Assembly: GCA_023205875.1 (NCBI GenBank)
Contig: CP060754.1
Span: 992,001 to 1,056,000, forward strand
Length of the DNA stretch: 64,000 nucleotides
From: Chloropicon primus
Taxonomy: Eukaryota
Reading direction: 5' to 3'
Each line of letters starts with the position of its first letter. Within the stretch, counting starts at the first letter, position 1. The position numbers and the translations under genes are program-made. Positions 29,848 through 40,217 of the stretch are shown here, piece after piece. The notes beneath the pieces are model-generated. The model made no database searches and had not been told where the DNA came from. It saw only the letters and a program-made list of their open reading frames with translations.

Positions 29848-31647
29848 ATGTCGTCGAGGACTTGCCTGCGCGTAGCGACGGCGGTGAGCACCGTCGTAGT
29901 CTTCCTGTCCCTGGTTTTCTCGGTTGCGTTCCTGTTCCTCGGGAGCTCAAACCCGGTGGATGCAGCAGGGGCCGCTAGTGTGATGGCCCACGACGACTTC
30001 ATTGGACACAGGTTCTTGCCGGCGCACGAGGACTGGAACAACGAGACGGGCTCGCGGAAGACGGGACCGGCCCAATTCAGCGCCGAGGGCCACAGAATGC
30101 GAATCACGCCGGTCTACCAGATCGACGAGTTGAGGTCCACGTCGCCGCAGAAAGCGCAGTTCCTCGAGGAGGTCGTCATCCCTCTGTCTATCGAGAGCTT
30201 GACCCGGATGTTTTCCCTCCGATACCCTGCGCAGGGGGGGCCGCTGCTCCTGCAGAGGCGGTGCAGGCGCACACTCCGGTGGAGCTCCGGGGAGGTGGAG
30301 TGCAGCGAGCTCGCTTCGGAGGCCGACCAGGTCTGCGGGAGCAGCGGGGCGCTGCCCTCGGACCTCTTCGACGAAGCCGTGGTGTGCTCGGGGTCGAGGC
30401 CAGGGGATTGCAAGAGGACCGCCCGGGGCGCGGGGGCGAACGACACGGATTTCGTGCTGGTCGTGACAAGCAGCGGGGACGACGCGGAGTGCGCCGGATC
30501 CGAGGACAGCATGAGTGCTCAAGGAGGCTTTTGCGCCCGCGACGAGGAGAGCGGCAGGCCCGTGGCGGGCTTCGTGAACGTCTGTCCCGGGGGCATCACC
30601 TCCGACCAGGACAGGCTGGGGAAGCAGGTCGACTTGGCTGTCCACGAGATTCTCCACGCCCTCGTGTTCGAGCCAACCCTTTGGGGCTACTTCAGAGACG
30701 CGGGGGGGAATGCGTACGACGGCTCGCCCGTCACGATGGACGTCGATCCCGTGACGGGGCGAGAGCGACGGGTTCTGACGACCCCGAAAGTGAAGGACTT
30801 CGTCCGCCAGCACTTCAATTGCACCTCTCTGGATGGGGCAGAGTTGGAGAATGAGGGAGGTAGTGGAACACAGTGGAGCCACTGGGAAGAGTCCCTGTTC
30901 CACGACGAGATCATGACGGGATTGGCAAGCGGGTCCGGAAGAAGCGTTTTGTCGAATCTCACTCTGGCCCTGATGGAAGACAGCGGATGGTACCTTCCCG
31001 AGTACTCCTTCGCGGGTCTCTTGAAATTCGGAAGGAATGCGGGCTGCGACTTCGTGGAGAAGAAGTGCGAAAGCGAGGGGCCTGCCGCGAAGGAGTTTTT
31101 CTGTTACGGATCTGGAGAGACGGGCTGCACTCCCAACCTCCTCTCTCTGGGCAGGTGCGAGCCAAACCCGCTTGCGAACGGGTGCTCCATCGTGAAGGGG
31201 TTCAGCAACGCCCAGTGCCAGGACGTTCGGAACATGGAGAAAGCTGTGCCACTCCACGTCTTCGACTCGAGCTCCCTGTGCGTCAAGGGAGACACCGAAC
31301 CATGGGTGATGCAGACAAGCAGGGGCCACCGCGGGTCCGTCATGACGACCACGACCACTTATCCAAGCGGCTCCAACGGGTGCTTCGCATTCCGGTGCTC
31401 GGATGACGGGCAAGTCCTGGTCAATATTCACAACAAGGAGGTCGCCTGCGAGTCTGGAATGGACTTGAAGCCCTTCGGCTTCGCCTCGGGCACCTTCGGG
31501 ACCTGCCCGGGCCCGGAGGTGTGCGATCAGCAGCTCAGTTGCGACGGGTTGTGCAACGCCCTGGAGGGCTACTGCGACCGCGGCGCGTGTCACTGTCACC
31601 TCGGGTTCTGGGGGCACCACTGCGACCAAAAGATCGTCCCTTTGTAG
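29848..31647 (+). CDS. Leishmanolysin/GP63-like zinc metallopeptidase (M8) with C-terminal EGF-like domain
   Basis: HEILHAL, ELENEGGSGT.WSHWE, EIMTG, TLALMEDSGWY, GCDF; N-terminal hydrophobic anchor; C.C..GF.G..C. Confidence 0.92.
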   Translation: MSSRTCLRVATAVSTVVVFLSLVFSVAFLFLGSSNPVDAAGAASVMAHDDFIGHRFLPAHEDWNNETGSRKTGPAQFSAEGHRMRITPVYQIDELRSTSPQKAQFLEEVVIPLSIESLTRMFSLRYPAQGGPLLLQRRCRRTLRWSSGEVECSELASEADQVCGSSGALPSDLFDEAVVCSGSRPGDCKRTARGAGANDTDFVLVVTSSGDDAECAGSEDSMSAQGGFCARDEESGRPVAGFVNVCPGGITSDQDRLGKQVDLAVHEILHALVFEPTLWGYFRDAGGNAYDGSPVTMDVDPVTGRERRVLTTPKVKDFVRQHFNCTSLDGAELENEGGSGTQWSHWEESLFHDEIMTGLASGSGRSVLSNLTLALMEDSGWYLPEYSFAGLLKFGRNAGCDFVEKKCESEGPAAKEFFCYGSGETGCTPNLLSLGRCEPNPLANGCSIVKGFSNAQCQDVRNMEKAVPLHVFDSSSLCVKGDTEPWVMQTSRGHRGSVMTTTTTYPSGSNGCFAFRCSDDGQVLVNIHNKEVACESGMDLKPFGFASGTFGTCPGPEVCDQQLSCDGLCNALEGYCDRGACHCHLGFWGHHCDQKIVPL

Positions 31648-31792
31648 TCCTGCAGCCATTTAATCGACATTACTATAACTCCCAAAACCTTTTTTCGCTA
31701 TGTTTTCGCTGATTGCTGGCCAGCCACGCCAATCTGATTGAGAGAGAGAGAGAGAGAGGGGAAGGGGAAGGGAAAGGGAGGAAGGAAGAAGA

Positions 31793-32373
31793 ATGATCGT
31801 AAGTAGCTCGCGGGCGACGGTCCGTGTCGTGGCGTCCTCTGCCCTTCTGCCGCTTTTGCCTGGCTAGGAACCGCGCAGAGACCGACCTCCCTCCAACTGA
31901 GGGAGGGAGGAACAGAGGGGAGTGAAAGGGAACGACAGCCTTTTGTTTATCTGGAGGAGGCCTCCGGACCCTTGTGCCACCGTGGGATCGCTCTCTCTCT
32001 CTCTGACGCCAAGAGACTTGTCGTGTTTTCCCCTCGTTCGCGCAGATCTGCTTGGGGCCCGTTTGCGTGCCACTGCACATGCTCCTGCCCTTCGTTTTGG
32101 CCTGGTTCCACCGCAAGGGATACTTTACCTGGTTCAAGGAGGAGTGGGTCACGTACCGCTGGTGGAAGAATCTCATATTCAGGTGAGCTGGCTCGGGGTC
32201 CTGGACGACGCGTGCGTCGCGTTCGCCAGCAGAGCGGGGTGAGTCCTAACTCCTAACTCCTCCTCCTCGTCTTCGTCTTCGTTTGTGTCTCTCCTTCCCC
32301 CATCCACCAACGCAGCGGCAGAAGCAAGCAGCAGAAGAGGGTGGAGATGACGGATACAAAGAAGAGCACGTGA
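31793..32373 (+). CDS. Predicted 66-aa small membrane protein; exons 31793-31798, 32046-32182, 32316-32373
   Basis: ATGATC|GTAAGT…CGCAG and AG|GTGAG…CTAAC…CGCAG introns give MIICLGPVCVPLHMLLPFVLAWFHRKGYF…KKST. TGTAA at 32392. Confidence 0.65.
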
Positions 32374-32447
32374 AAGCGCCCCGGTCATACTTGTAAAAAA
32401 AGAAAAACAGTTTTATTATATTACAGCCATGTTTCACACGAAGCTGT

Positions 32448-33359
32448 TCACCTGATCTCCGAGTAGACCTTGCCCGCCAGCTCGTTGAGTGCGGAGGGGC
32501 TTGCTCCAAAGGCGTAGCTCAGGGAAAGCACGAGGAAAAGTTGCAGGCTCTTCAGAGAGCCCCACTCCGCGACTCGCCGGCCAGACGTGTGGACGCACCG
32601 GTCGATGGCGACGAGCCTCGCGCCCCGGCTTTGCTTTCCCCGGCTTTGTTGAAGACTCGTTCGGCCCGCCTCGAGGGACTTGATCCCATAAAACATCTTG
32701 ACGCAGAGGTCCATGTCCTCCATGGTCGACAAGCTCTCGTGGAACCCCCCGCAGGACACAAAGGCTTCTCTCCGGACCACCATCGCCTGGTCGCCGAAGA
32801 ATACCTTCATTCCGCGCGCTGCGGCCATCGGCCGGAAGAAGCACGCCCCCAGATGAGTTTTGGCCTGGTGCAGCAGGTTCATGCCCCACATCGTCCTGCC
32901 CTCGTGCGCAAGAATTGCGGTGAACGCACCAAGAACCACTCTGGGGTCCGCGAAGGACCGATCCACCAAGCTCACCGCGTCCAGCGGAGGGACGGTATCC
33001 GCGTGGAGGAACATGACGAAGTCGCCCTTCGCGACCCTCGCCCCCTCGTTCATCTGCTTCGCTCTCGACCCGAAATCGGTCTCGATCAGAGCCACCCTCC
33101 TGGCTCTCGCCTTCCTCACTCGACCCGCCGTGCCGTCCCTCGACCCCCCGTCGACGACGATCACCTCCAGGGGAGGCGGATCCAGCGCCCCCAAGGAGGC
33201 CAAGCAACTCGAGATGCAAGCCTCCTCGTTGACAACCGGCACGACGACGGATACCCGGCACGCTCGCGAGGAGGCCCTCGTCGACCGAAGGCGCAGCCCC
33301 GATACCGCCGCCGCGGCACCCCCCACCACAGCCGCCGCACCACCCCACCCCAACAACAT
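32448..33359 (-). CDS. GT2 glycosyltransferase, TIGR04283-like
   Basis: VSVVVPVVNEE, VVDGGSRDGT, RAKQMNEGA, FLHADT, FGDQAM, MEDMDL, TSGRR. Confidence 0.85.
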   Translation of the reverse strand: MLLGWGGAAAVVGGAAAAVSGLRLRSTRASSRACRVSVVVPVVNEEACISSCLASLGALDPPPLEVIVVDGGSRDGTAGRVRKARARRVALIETDFGSRAKQMNEGARVAKGDFVMFLHADTVPPLDAVSLVDRSFADPRVVLGAFTAILAHEGRTMWGMNLLHQAKTHLGACFFRPMAAARGMKVFFGDQAMVVRREAFVSCGGFHESLSTMEDMDLCVKMFYGIKSLEAGRTSLQQSRGKQSRGARLVAIDRCVHTSGRRVAEWGSLKSLQLFLVLSLSYAFGASPSALNELAGKVYSEIR

Positions 33360-33809
33360 CCTAATCGTAAAATGCAGTCCGCCACTCACCACCAACCTGC
33401 TTGTGGGCCGAGCCGAGCCGCGGTCCTCGAGACCGGGAGGTCAAGCACCGCTCCTCACGCAATGGCAATGGCGACACACTCTTCCCCCTCCACTTGCCCT
33501 CCTCCTCGCCCTCCTCCTCGCCCTCCCGCCATTGGCCTTATCCACTCCACTCCACTCCGCCCTTGATCGCGCACGTGCCCGCGGACGCTGGCGCATCAGA
33601 GGTCAAAGGTTTCTCTCCCTCGGCGGTGGAGAGGGGAACTGCTGGGCGGTGGAGGCAAGGAGGGTGACGGGGAAGGGGAGGAGGTGTGGAACAAACGGAA
33701 GGGCGTCTCACGGGCTTTCGATTGATACCTCGGTCGGCTGAAGGTTTTCACGGAAAAGAGGAGTGGTACTCCCTTTGAGACGACAGACAGTGTCTATTAG
33801 GGGAGGAGG

Positions 33810-35399
33810 ATGGGGAGGAGCGGGGGGGTGCTTGGGGTGGTGGTCTTGGCGGTGGCTTGGGCCTCGGGGTTGGTGAGCGGAAGGAAGTTCGCTTACTTGG
33901 ACAACTTGTCGCCTGGGTTCAGTGATGGGGTGTGCGAGAGGCACGGCAAGGGGGTGTTTCGTGGGCCCTACCTGCAGGCTGGGGGGCACGAGAGGATGGT
34001 GGTCAGGTGGTCCTCGGAGGAGGAGGGCCTCGGGGTCGTTTGCTACGGCAAGTCCCCCGGGCGCATGACTGCCGCGGCGTTTGACCAGGAGGCCTTCCCC
34101 AGGGGCAGCGAGCACTCGGTGGCCCTGGAGGGCCTGGATCCCGGCACCGAGTACTACTACGTCCCGGCGGTGACGAGCGCGGAGTTTCTGGCGTCCTCGG
34201 GGTCGGCGGAGGTCTACTCGTCGGGGTCCGAGGGGGGGGACGAGGCGATGAGGTCCTTCCTCTTTCCGGACGCGTCGTCGTCGTCGCCGGGCCGGTCCGC
34301 CGCGGCGGGAGCGATGGCGGCGGGAACGTCGCAGGCTGGGGTAGCGGCCGCCGAGGAGGAGGACGCCCTGAGCATCGTCTCCCCGGCCGAGTACTACTCC
34401 TTCACGACCTTCCCGGAGCCCGGGGCCGGGGTGGAAGAGCCCGTCAGGGTGTGGGCCATCGGGGACAGCGGCATGGGGGACCACAAGGCGGACAGCGTGA
34501 GGGACGCCTTTGTGAACTTCACGGGGGGGGACTGGGACCTGACCCTGGGTCTGGGGGACCTCGCGTACAACTCGGGCAAGGACTGGGAGTACCAGAAGGG
34601 GTTCTTCGAGTTCCTGAGCGAGGAGAACGCCCGGGTCCCCGTCTTCACCACCCCCGGGAACCACGACCGGCCGACCTCCGACCTGTGGAGCCAGACCGGG
34701 CCCTACTTCGACCTGTTCACCAACCCCGGGGACGGCAGGTCCGGCGGCGTGCCGTCCAACCACAAGTCCTACTACTCGTTCGACTACGGGCCGATCCACT
34801 TCGTGTCCGTGGACTCCGACACGCTTGGGCTGCACGACGACCCGGCGCTGTACGCTTGGCTGGAGAAGGACCTGGCGGAGGCGAGGCGGGCCGACTACCA
34901 GTGGATCGTCGCATACCACCACCAGCCCCCTTACAGCAAGGGGAGCCACGATTCGGACGCCCAGTACGAGTGCTACAAGCTGAGGTCGAACCTGGTGCCC
35001 ATGTTCGAGAAGTACGGCGTGGACCTGGTCCTCGCGGGCCACTCGCACTCGTACGAGCGCAGCCACCTCCTCAGCGGCCACTTTGGGCCCAGCGGCGAGG
35101 TCCGCAGCAACCCCGGGGTGGTGAAGGCAAGGTGGTCGAAGGGCGAGGACGGCGTGGAGACGCTCGTCAAGACCGGGGAGGGCGAGAACTCCGGGACCCT
35201 GTACCTCGTGACCGGGTCCGGGGCCAAGACCTCGGGGGGCTCCCTGGACCACCCCGCGATGGCCTCGAGCCAAAACTTCCTGGGTAGCGTCCTCCTGGAG
35301 TTCCACCCGAGCGGGTCCCGACTCGACATCCACATGGTCGGGAGCATTCCCGGGCAGGACGCCCTCGACCACGCCGTGGTCCTGAAGACGCCAAAGTGA
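33810..35399 (+). CDS. Secreted purple-acid-phosphatase-like metallophosphoesterase, copy 1
   Basis: Signal peptide, RGPYLQ FN3-like N-domain, GDSG, GDLAY, GNHD, HHQPPY, GHSHSYER. Confidence 0.9.
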   Translation: MGRSGGVLGVVVLAVAWASGLVSGRKFAYLDNLSPGFSDGVCERHGKGVFRGPYLQAGGHERMVVRWSSEEEGLGVVCYGKSPGRMTAAAFDQEAFPRGSEHSVALEGLDPGTEYYYVPAVTSAEFLASSGSAEVYSSGSEGGDEAMRSFLFPDASSSSPGRSAAAGAMAAGTSQAGVAAAEEEDALSIVSPAEYYSFTTFPEPGAGVEEPVRVWAIGDSGMGDHKADSVRDAFVNFTGGDWDLTLGLGDLAYNSGKDWEYQKGFFEFLSEENARVPVFTTPGNHDRPTSDLWSQTGPYFDLFTNPGDGRSGGVPSNHKSYYSFDYGPIHFVSVDSDTLGLHDDPALYAWLEKDLAEARRADYQWIVAYHHQPPYSKGSHDSDAQYECYKLRSNLVPMFEKYGVDLVLAGHSHSYERSHLLSGHFGPSGEVRSNPGVVKARWSKGEDGVETLVKTGEGENSGTLYLVTGSGAKTSGGSLDHPAMASSQNFLGSVLLEFHPSGSRLDIHMVGSIPGQDALDHAVVLKTPK

Positions 35400-37125
35400 A
35401 TCGCCGTATTCCTCTAAATCCAATTTTTTTCCTCTTCAAAACAAGACGTTACCTCACGGGCCTTCCCAGGAAAAATCATAACGTGCGAGTCGAGAGCGGG
35501 TTTGTTCCTCTGCGCTGCTGGCTCTCGGGCGATGCGGATTGCGGGGTCCCTCCCTCCACTTGTTCCAGGCACCCGTCGCTCGGCTCGCGCGGTCGAGAAT
35601 GAGAGCTCATCCTTGTGCTGGTCTGATTGTTGCGGCCCTCCTGCTGCTCCCCCACTGCGCCGTCGGGGACACGGTAGGGGCCTGGGCGCGGAATGCGACG
35701 ACGCAGGTGGCGTCGAGGAACGAGAGCGTGAGCTCCCCCCTGACCGTGGCGCTGGAGGAGGCCGGCGACGAGATTCCCGCCGCGGCGCCCGAGACCGCGC
35801 TGCAGGTCCACGATGTGTCCGAGGACCCCGAGGAGGAGTACCAGCTCCCGAAGACCAGGCAAAGGGAGGCCCGGAGGGGGGGCACGCAGAGGGGCCTCGG
35901 CACCCGGATCGTGGACGGGACGAGGCCCGAGGGCGTGGTCTCCGTGGAGGGGCTTGCCCACCCCGCTTGCGGCCGGAGCAATAACGTGGTCCTCACCCCG
36001 TACCTCCAGTCCGCCGGGAGCACGAGGATGGTGGTGAGGTGGAGGACCTCGGGTCAGGGCGCCGGCGTGGTCTGCTTCGGCAAGTCCCCGAAAGCCATGA
36101 CGAGCGTGGCCAAGGAGGACGGCAAGCAGTGGCCGATGTACGCCGAAAGGAAGGACGTGGAGACCTGGGACACGGTTCACGCCGCGGACCACTTGGTGGT
36201 CCTGGAGGGCCTGGATCCGTTGGCGACGTACTACTACGCCGTCGGGACGGAGGTCCCCACGCAGCCGGAGTACTCTGTGAGGTCGGCCAAGGTGTCCATC
36301 CCCTCGTCCAGGTACTACTCCTTCACGACCTTCCCGGAGCCCGGGGCCGGGGTGGAAGAGCCCGTCAGGGTGTGGGCCATCGGGGACAGCGGGTGGGGGG
36401 ACCACAAGGCGAAAAGGGTGAGGGACGCCTTTGTGAACTTCACGGGGGGGGACTGGGACCTGACCCTGGGTCTGGGGGACCTCGCGTACCTCCGCGGCAA
36501 GGACTGGGAGTACCAGAAGCGCTTCTTCAACTACCTGAGCGAGGAGAACGCCCGGGTCCCCGTCTTCACCACCCCCGGGAACCACGACGCGTTCACCGCT
36601 GACATGAAGTTGCAGACCGGGCCCTACTTCGACCTGTTCACCAACCCCGGGGACGGCAGGTCCGGCGGCGTGCCGTCCGACCACAAGTCCTACTACTCGT
36701 TCGACTACGGGCCGATCCACTTCGTGTCCGTGGACTCCCAGCAGCTCGGGCTGCACGACGACCCGGCGCTGTACGCTTGGCTGGAGAAGGACCTGGCGGA
36801 GGCGAGGCGGGCCGACTACCAGTGGATCGTCGCATACCACCACCAGCCCCCTTACAGCAAGGGGAGCCACGATTCGGACGCCCAGTACGAGTGCTACAAG
36901 CTGAGGTCGAACCTGGTGCCCATGTTCGAGAAGTACGGCGTGGACCTGGTCCTCGCGGGCCACTCGCACTCGTACGAGCGCAGCCACCTCCTCAGCGGCC
37001 ACTTTGGGCCCAGCGGCGAGGTCCGCAGCAACCCCGGGGTGGTGAAGGCAAGGTGGTCGAAGGGCGAGGACGGCGTGGAGACGCTCGTCAAGACCGGGGA
37101 GGGCGAGAACTCCGGGACCCTGTAC
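34391..37125. repeat. Direct repeat ~814 bp (34391-35204 and 36312-37125) within the tandem phosphatases
   Basis: Constant offset of 1921 bp; long identical stretches interrupted by short divergent patches. Confidence 0.92.
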
Positions 37126-37341
37126 ATCGTCAGCGGGGGCGGAGCGATCAGGGGCGGCGGTCCCCTGGACCACCCCGCGATGGCGTTTAGCCACAAAAAC
37201 AGGGGGAGCACGCTGCTCGAGTTCGACAAGGACGAGCTGAGAATATGGCTGCTGGGGGAGCACAGAGATGACAAGGACGATTACGCCGGTTACACGGTCA
37301 TTCTGGATGAAGCCAAGGTCATCAAGAAGAAAGCCCGTTAG
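35599..37341 (+). CDS. Secreted purple-acid-phosphatase-like metallophosphoesterase, copy 2
   Basis: Signal peptide (AGLIVAALLLLPHCAVG), TPYLQ, and the same five metal-binding motifs as copy 1. Confidence 0.9.
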   Translation: MRAHPCAGLIVAALLLLPHCAVGDTVGAWARNATTQVASRNESVSSPLTVALEEAGDEIPAAAPETALQVHDVSEDPEEEYQLPKTRQREARRGGTQRGLGTRIVDGTRPEGVVSVEGLAHPACGRSNNVVLTPYLQSAGSTRMVVRWRTSGQGAGVVCFGKSPKAMTSVAKEDGKQWPMYAERKDVETWDTVHAADHLVVLEGLDPLATYYYAVGTEVPTQPEYSVRSAKVSIPSSRYYSFTTFPEPGAGVEEPVRVWAIGDSGWGDHKAKRVRDAFVNFTGGDWDLTLGLGDLAYLRGKDWEYQKRFFNYLSEENARVPVFTTPGNHDAFTADMKLQTGPYFDLFTNPGDGRSGGVPSDHKSYYSFDYGPIHFVSVDSQQLGLHDDPALYAWLEKDLAEARRADYQWIVAYHHQPPYSKGSHDSDAQYECYKLRSNLVPMFEKYGVDLVLAGHSHSYERSHLLSGHFGPSGEVRSNPGVVKARWSKGEDGVETLVKTGEGENSGTLYIVSGGGAIRGGGPLDHPAMAFSHKNRGSTLLEFDKDELRIWLLGEHRDDKDDYAGYTVILDEAKVIKKKAR

Positions 37342-37490
37342 AGTTCTTGTCTGCGTTCTTGGTCTAAAAAAAATGCATTTCTTTTGTTGTTGAGAAATCA
37401 TTCTTATTCTTTTGATTACAAAACCAAACCAAAGCATGTACAAACCAAACCAAGGCATATATACAAATCATACACAACACATACTTTATT

Positions 37491-40217
37491 CTAGCTCTTG
37501 TTGTTTCGACGCTTCTCCTCTTCTTCCATTCGGATCCACATCTGCTTGTTGGCCTCGAGGTTCTGGATGACGAACTCGTACTCGGGGGCAAACTTGCACC
37601 ACGCGTCGTAGAGTGGCTGGCAAACGAACTCGAGGAATCCAGACTGGGAATGAGCGAGCTGCTCCTTGGTCTGGTCGCGGTCCATCAGAGGTCCGATAGG
37701 AAGTCCTAAGTGACGTTCTTTATCGCCCTGCTCGAAAAATTCTTTCTGCATGCTAGAACTCCATTTCACGTGCAATTCCTCGTTCTTGGTGGAGTGCGCT
37801 ATGTCACAAACCTTCATTGCGATCTTGAGTATAAGCTCCTTGTCGGCCTGGTCCTCCAAGTCCAAAGCAAATCTGCTCTGGGGCTCTCCCTCGAACTCTT
37901 CGCTGTCATCGTACGTACTGTTGAAGCGAGAGATGAGGTCGAAGTGGTTCCCCATATCCGTGGCAAGGACCAGCTCGATCACGAGAGCCCTCAGCTTTGA
38001 AAAGTCCTCGGAGGGCAAGTTATCCAAAATTCCGCAACCACCCCTTGTTGCGGCAAAACCAGCTGCCAGATGGAAGTTCTCCAGGACGCTCTTATCATGG
38101 TACAAACAGGCCTGCATGGTCGACGTTGAGATCATCAAGGCGTTGTTGACGCCAGGATGTCCCAAATCGTGAATAATCGCCGCGTAGAGGCAGGCCAGGA
38201 TCTCCAAGTCCGACAAGAAGTCGCACAGTGGCGGACCTTTTATCAAGCAGAACATGTTGTGCAACACGTCTGCAGCGTGAGTGGAGTTGTGGTAAGGATT
38301 CGCCTTGTATCCCCGTTCCATCATGTCAGCAAATCGTACCAAGGTTTCCCTCTCTATGTTGAACACCATGTCCAAGCCCAACTCGCGGAAGGTGTGTTCG
38401 ATCATGCACATGAGGGGCCTCTCCTTGGACACCTCGTGCAGTTTGAAAACGTTCAAATTCCAGTTCCCAAGCTCCTGGTTCAAGAATTTTCCCACGCTCG
38501 TGTACGGTTTGAAGACGTTCTCCAGCTTCTTCACAACGGTGGTCTCCGAAGCTTTGGGGAGCCCGAAGAAGCCTGTGATCTGCTCCGGATCCTCCAGCCA
38601 AGTCAAGAGGGGGTCCTTCTTCACCGGGTCTTCCTCCTCCACCTTCACTTCCTCCACCTTCACTTCCTCCTTCTTTTCCTCCACCTTTGTCGCCTCGCCG
38701 GACGAGGACTCGTCGCCGCTCTTCTTGTCACCCGTGGTCTCCTTCTCGACCTCCTCCGATGACTCCTCTGGGATGACCTTGATTCCCGATGGCGTGAAAC
38801 TCTTTTGCAGCTTCGACAAGTCTGGCGGCCGCAGGGAGGACACGGAGGCCGACTTGGCCCGGACCACGACGTCCTTGACGTGGTCCTTCTTGTACGTTTG
38901 AAGCCAACCGGCGACGGCGTTCTTGTAGTTCTCTCCTGTCATGTTCACCTGCTGGGCACTCGCGAGAAGCTCTGGGGTCCAGGAAGAGTTCGTGCTCTTC
39001 TTCAAGGTCGTGATGACGAACTCCAGCTCTTCATGTATCCGCTTGCCCTCGTCCGTCTCCCTGAGAGTCTTGAGGATCCCGAGCGACTTTTCTATTGGGG
39101 ACCTGAAGTCCACTTCGAACTTCTCGGTGGCCTTCTTGCTCCTCGTCTTCATGTGGCTCTTCATCCTCTTGAAGTGGTCCTTGATCTTCAAGAGCTGCAT
39201 CCTCTTGGCGTTGTCCACCAAGTACATCGTTCGGCTCAGCTTCTCCTTGGAGTAGTACCCCATGCTGTAAAGCGTGACCACGCCTATCGCCATCACGATC
39301 GCGATCGGGTTGCACTCGTTGAAGAGGTTCTCCTTCAAGGCCAGCAGAACCACTTGGGAGAGCACCAAGATGGCTACCGCGTACAGGAAAGACTGGAAGA
39401 GGATCTGGAAAGCCGTCGACTTTGCGATGATGAAGTAGACCAAGTACAAAAGGATGTAGTGGTACACCTCCTTCTTGTCGTTCAGGCAAGACAGCATCAC
39501 CACCTTCAGAATCCCGCTGACCGCCACGCTAGATCCCACGAACGCCCCGTCCATTAGGCCCTTGTAGTTCTCTCCGGCGAACGACAGTATTTTCGGCATG
39601 ACCATGACCAGGACGTTCGGGATGAACACAAACAGGAAGTGGATGCCAAAGTACAGACCCACCTTGAAGGCCGAGTCGTCGCACTCCTTGGACATGAGCA
39701 CCAAGTCGTACACAAGGGCCACGATGTCAAAGAAACTCGTCAGGGCGTTTTGGAACCTCGCCTCCCCTCGGAACTTGTAAAAAGACTTCTCTCTGTAGTC
39801 CATCTCCGTCGAGAAGGCGGAGAACTGCAGGAGGAACGGGTTGATGTTCACGTTTATCAGCTCCTGCAACTCCACCTGCTCCGAGTCCTCCACCTTCTCT
39901 AGTATTATGCCAAGCTGGTTCTTGTCCCATTTCGACAAGGACCTGTACCACGGCGCTCTCTTGATGTTCTTCTCCACCTCGGTCGCCGATTTGTCAAAGT
40001 AGAACGAGTCGCTCTCGTCCTGCCCAAAGAAGAAGGAGGACATGCGACCCTTCCCGAAGAAGGAGCTCCTCCGTATCTTGGAGTCTTTGAAGGAGCCGCT
40101 CCTGTCCTTGCTCCCCCGGATGTCGGAGTTCCTCCCCATGTCATCCCAGTCTCTCACCCCCCCGCTCTCCTTCAAGGACAGGGAGCTAAAATCTATCGTG
40201 TGCCTGCCCCCGCTCAT
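37491..40217 (-). CDS. Class I 3',5'-cyclic nucleotide phosphodiesterase with multi-TM N-terminus
   Basis: NPYHNSTHAADV, IHDLGHPGVNN, LENFH, VLATDM, EFFEQGDKE, SQ.GF; about six hydrophobic segments. Confidence 0.93.
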   Translation of the reverse strand: MSGGRHTIDFSSLSLKESGGVRDWDDMGRNSDIRGSKDRSGSFKDSKIRRSSFFGKGRMSSFFFGQDESDSFYFDKSATEVEKNIKRAPWYRSLSKWDKNQLGIILEKVEDSEQVELQELINVNINPFLLQFSAFSTEMDYREKSFYKFRGEARFQNALTSFFDIVALVYDLVLMSKECDDSAFKVGLYFGIHFLFVFIPNVLVMVMPKILSFAGENYKGLMDGAFVGSSVAVSGILKVVMLSCLNDKKEVYHYILLYLVYFIIAKSTAFQILFQSFLYAVAILVLSQVVLLALKENLFNECNPIAIVMAIGVVTLYSMGYYSKEKLSRTMYLVDNAKRMQLLKIKDHFKRMKSHMKTRSKKATEKFEVDFRSPIEKSLGILKTLRETDEGKRIHEELEFVITTLKKSTNSSWTPELLASAQQVNMTGENYKNAVAGWLQTYKKDHVKDVVVRAKSASVSSLRPPDLSKLQKSFTPSGIKVIPEESSEEVEKETTGDKKSGDESSSGEATKVEEKKEEVKVEEVKVEEEDPVKKDPLLTWLEDPEQITGFFGLPKASETTVVKKLENVFKPYTSVGKFLNQELGNWNLNVFKLHEVSKERPLMCMIEHTFRELGLDMVFNIERETLVRFADMMERGYKANPYHNSTHAADVLHNMFCLIKGPPLCDFLSDLEILACLYAAIIHDLGHPGVNNALMISTSTMQACLYHDKSVLENFHLAAGFAATRGGCGILDNLPSEDFSKLRALVIELVLATDMGNHFDLISRFNSTYDDSEEFEGEPQSRFALDLEDQADKELILKIAMKVCDIAHSTKNEELHVKWSSSMQKEFFEQGDKERHLGLPIGPLMDRDQTKEQLAHSQSGFLEFVCQPLYDAWCKFAPEYEFVIQNLEANKQMWIRMEEEEKRRNNKS

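Noticed and set aside
32421..32450. Possible Sec readthrough of the glycosyltransferase TGA
   Set aside because: No SECIS-like hairpin or room for one before the TGTAA signal, and the C-terminus (Y…R) looks like a normal family end.
29947..37458. Long antisense ORFs (570, 571 and 660 aa) and many similar ones across the window
   Set aside because: These are expected shadows of GC3-rich coding strands and contain no recognisable motifs.
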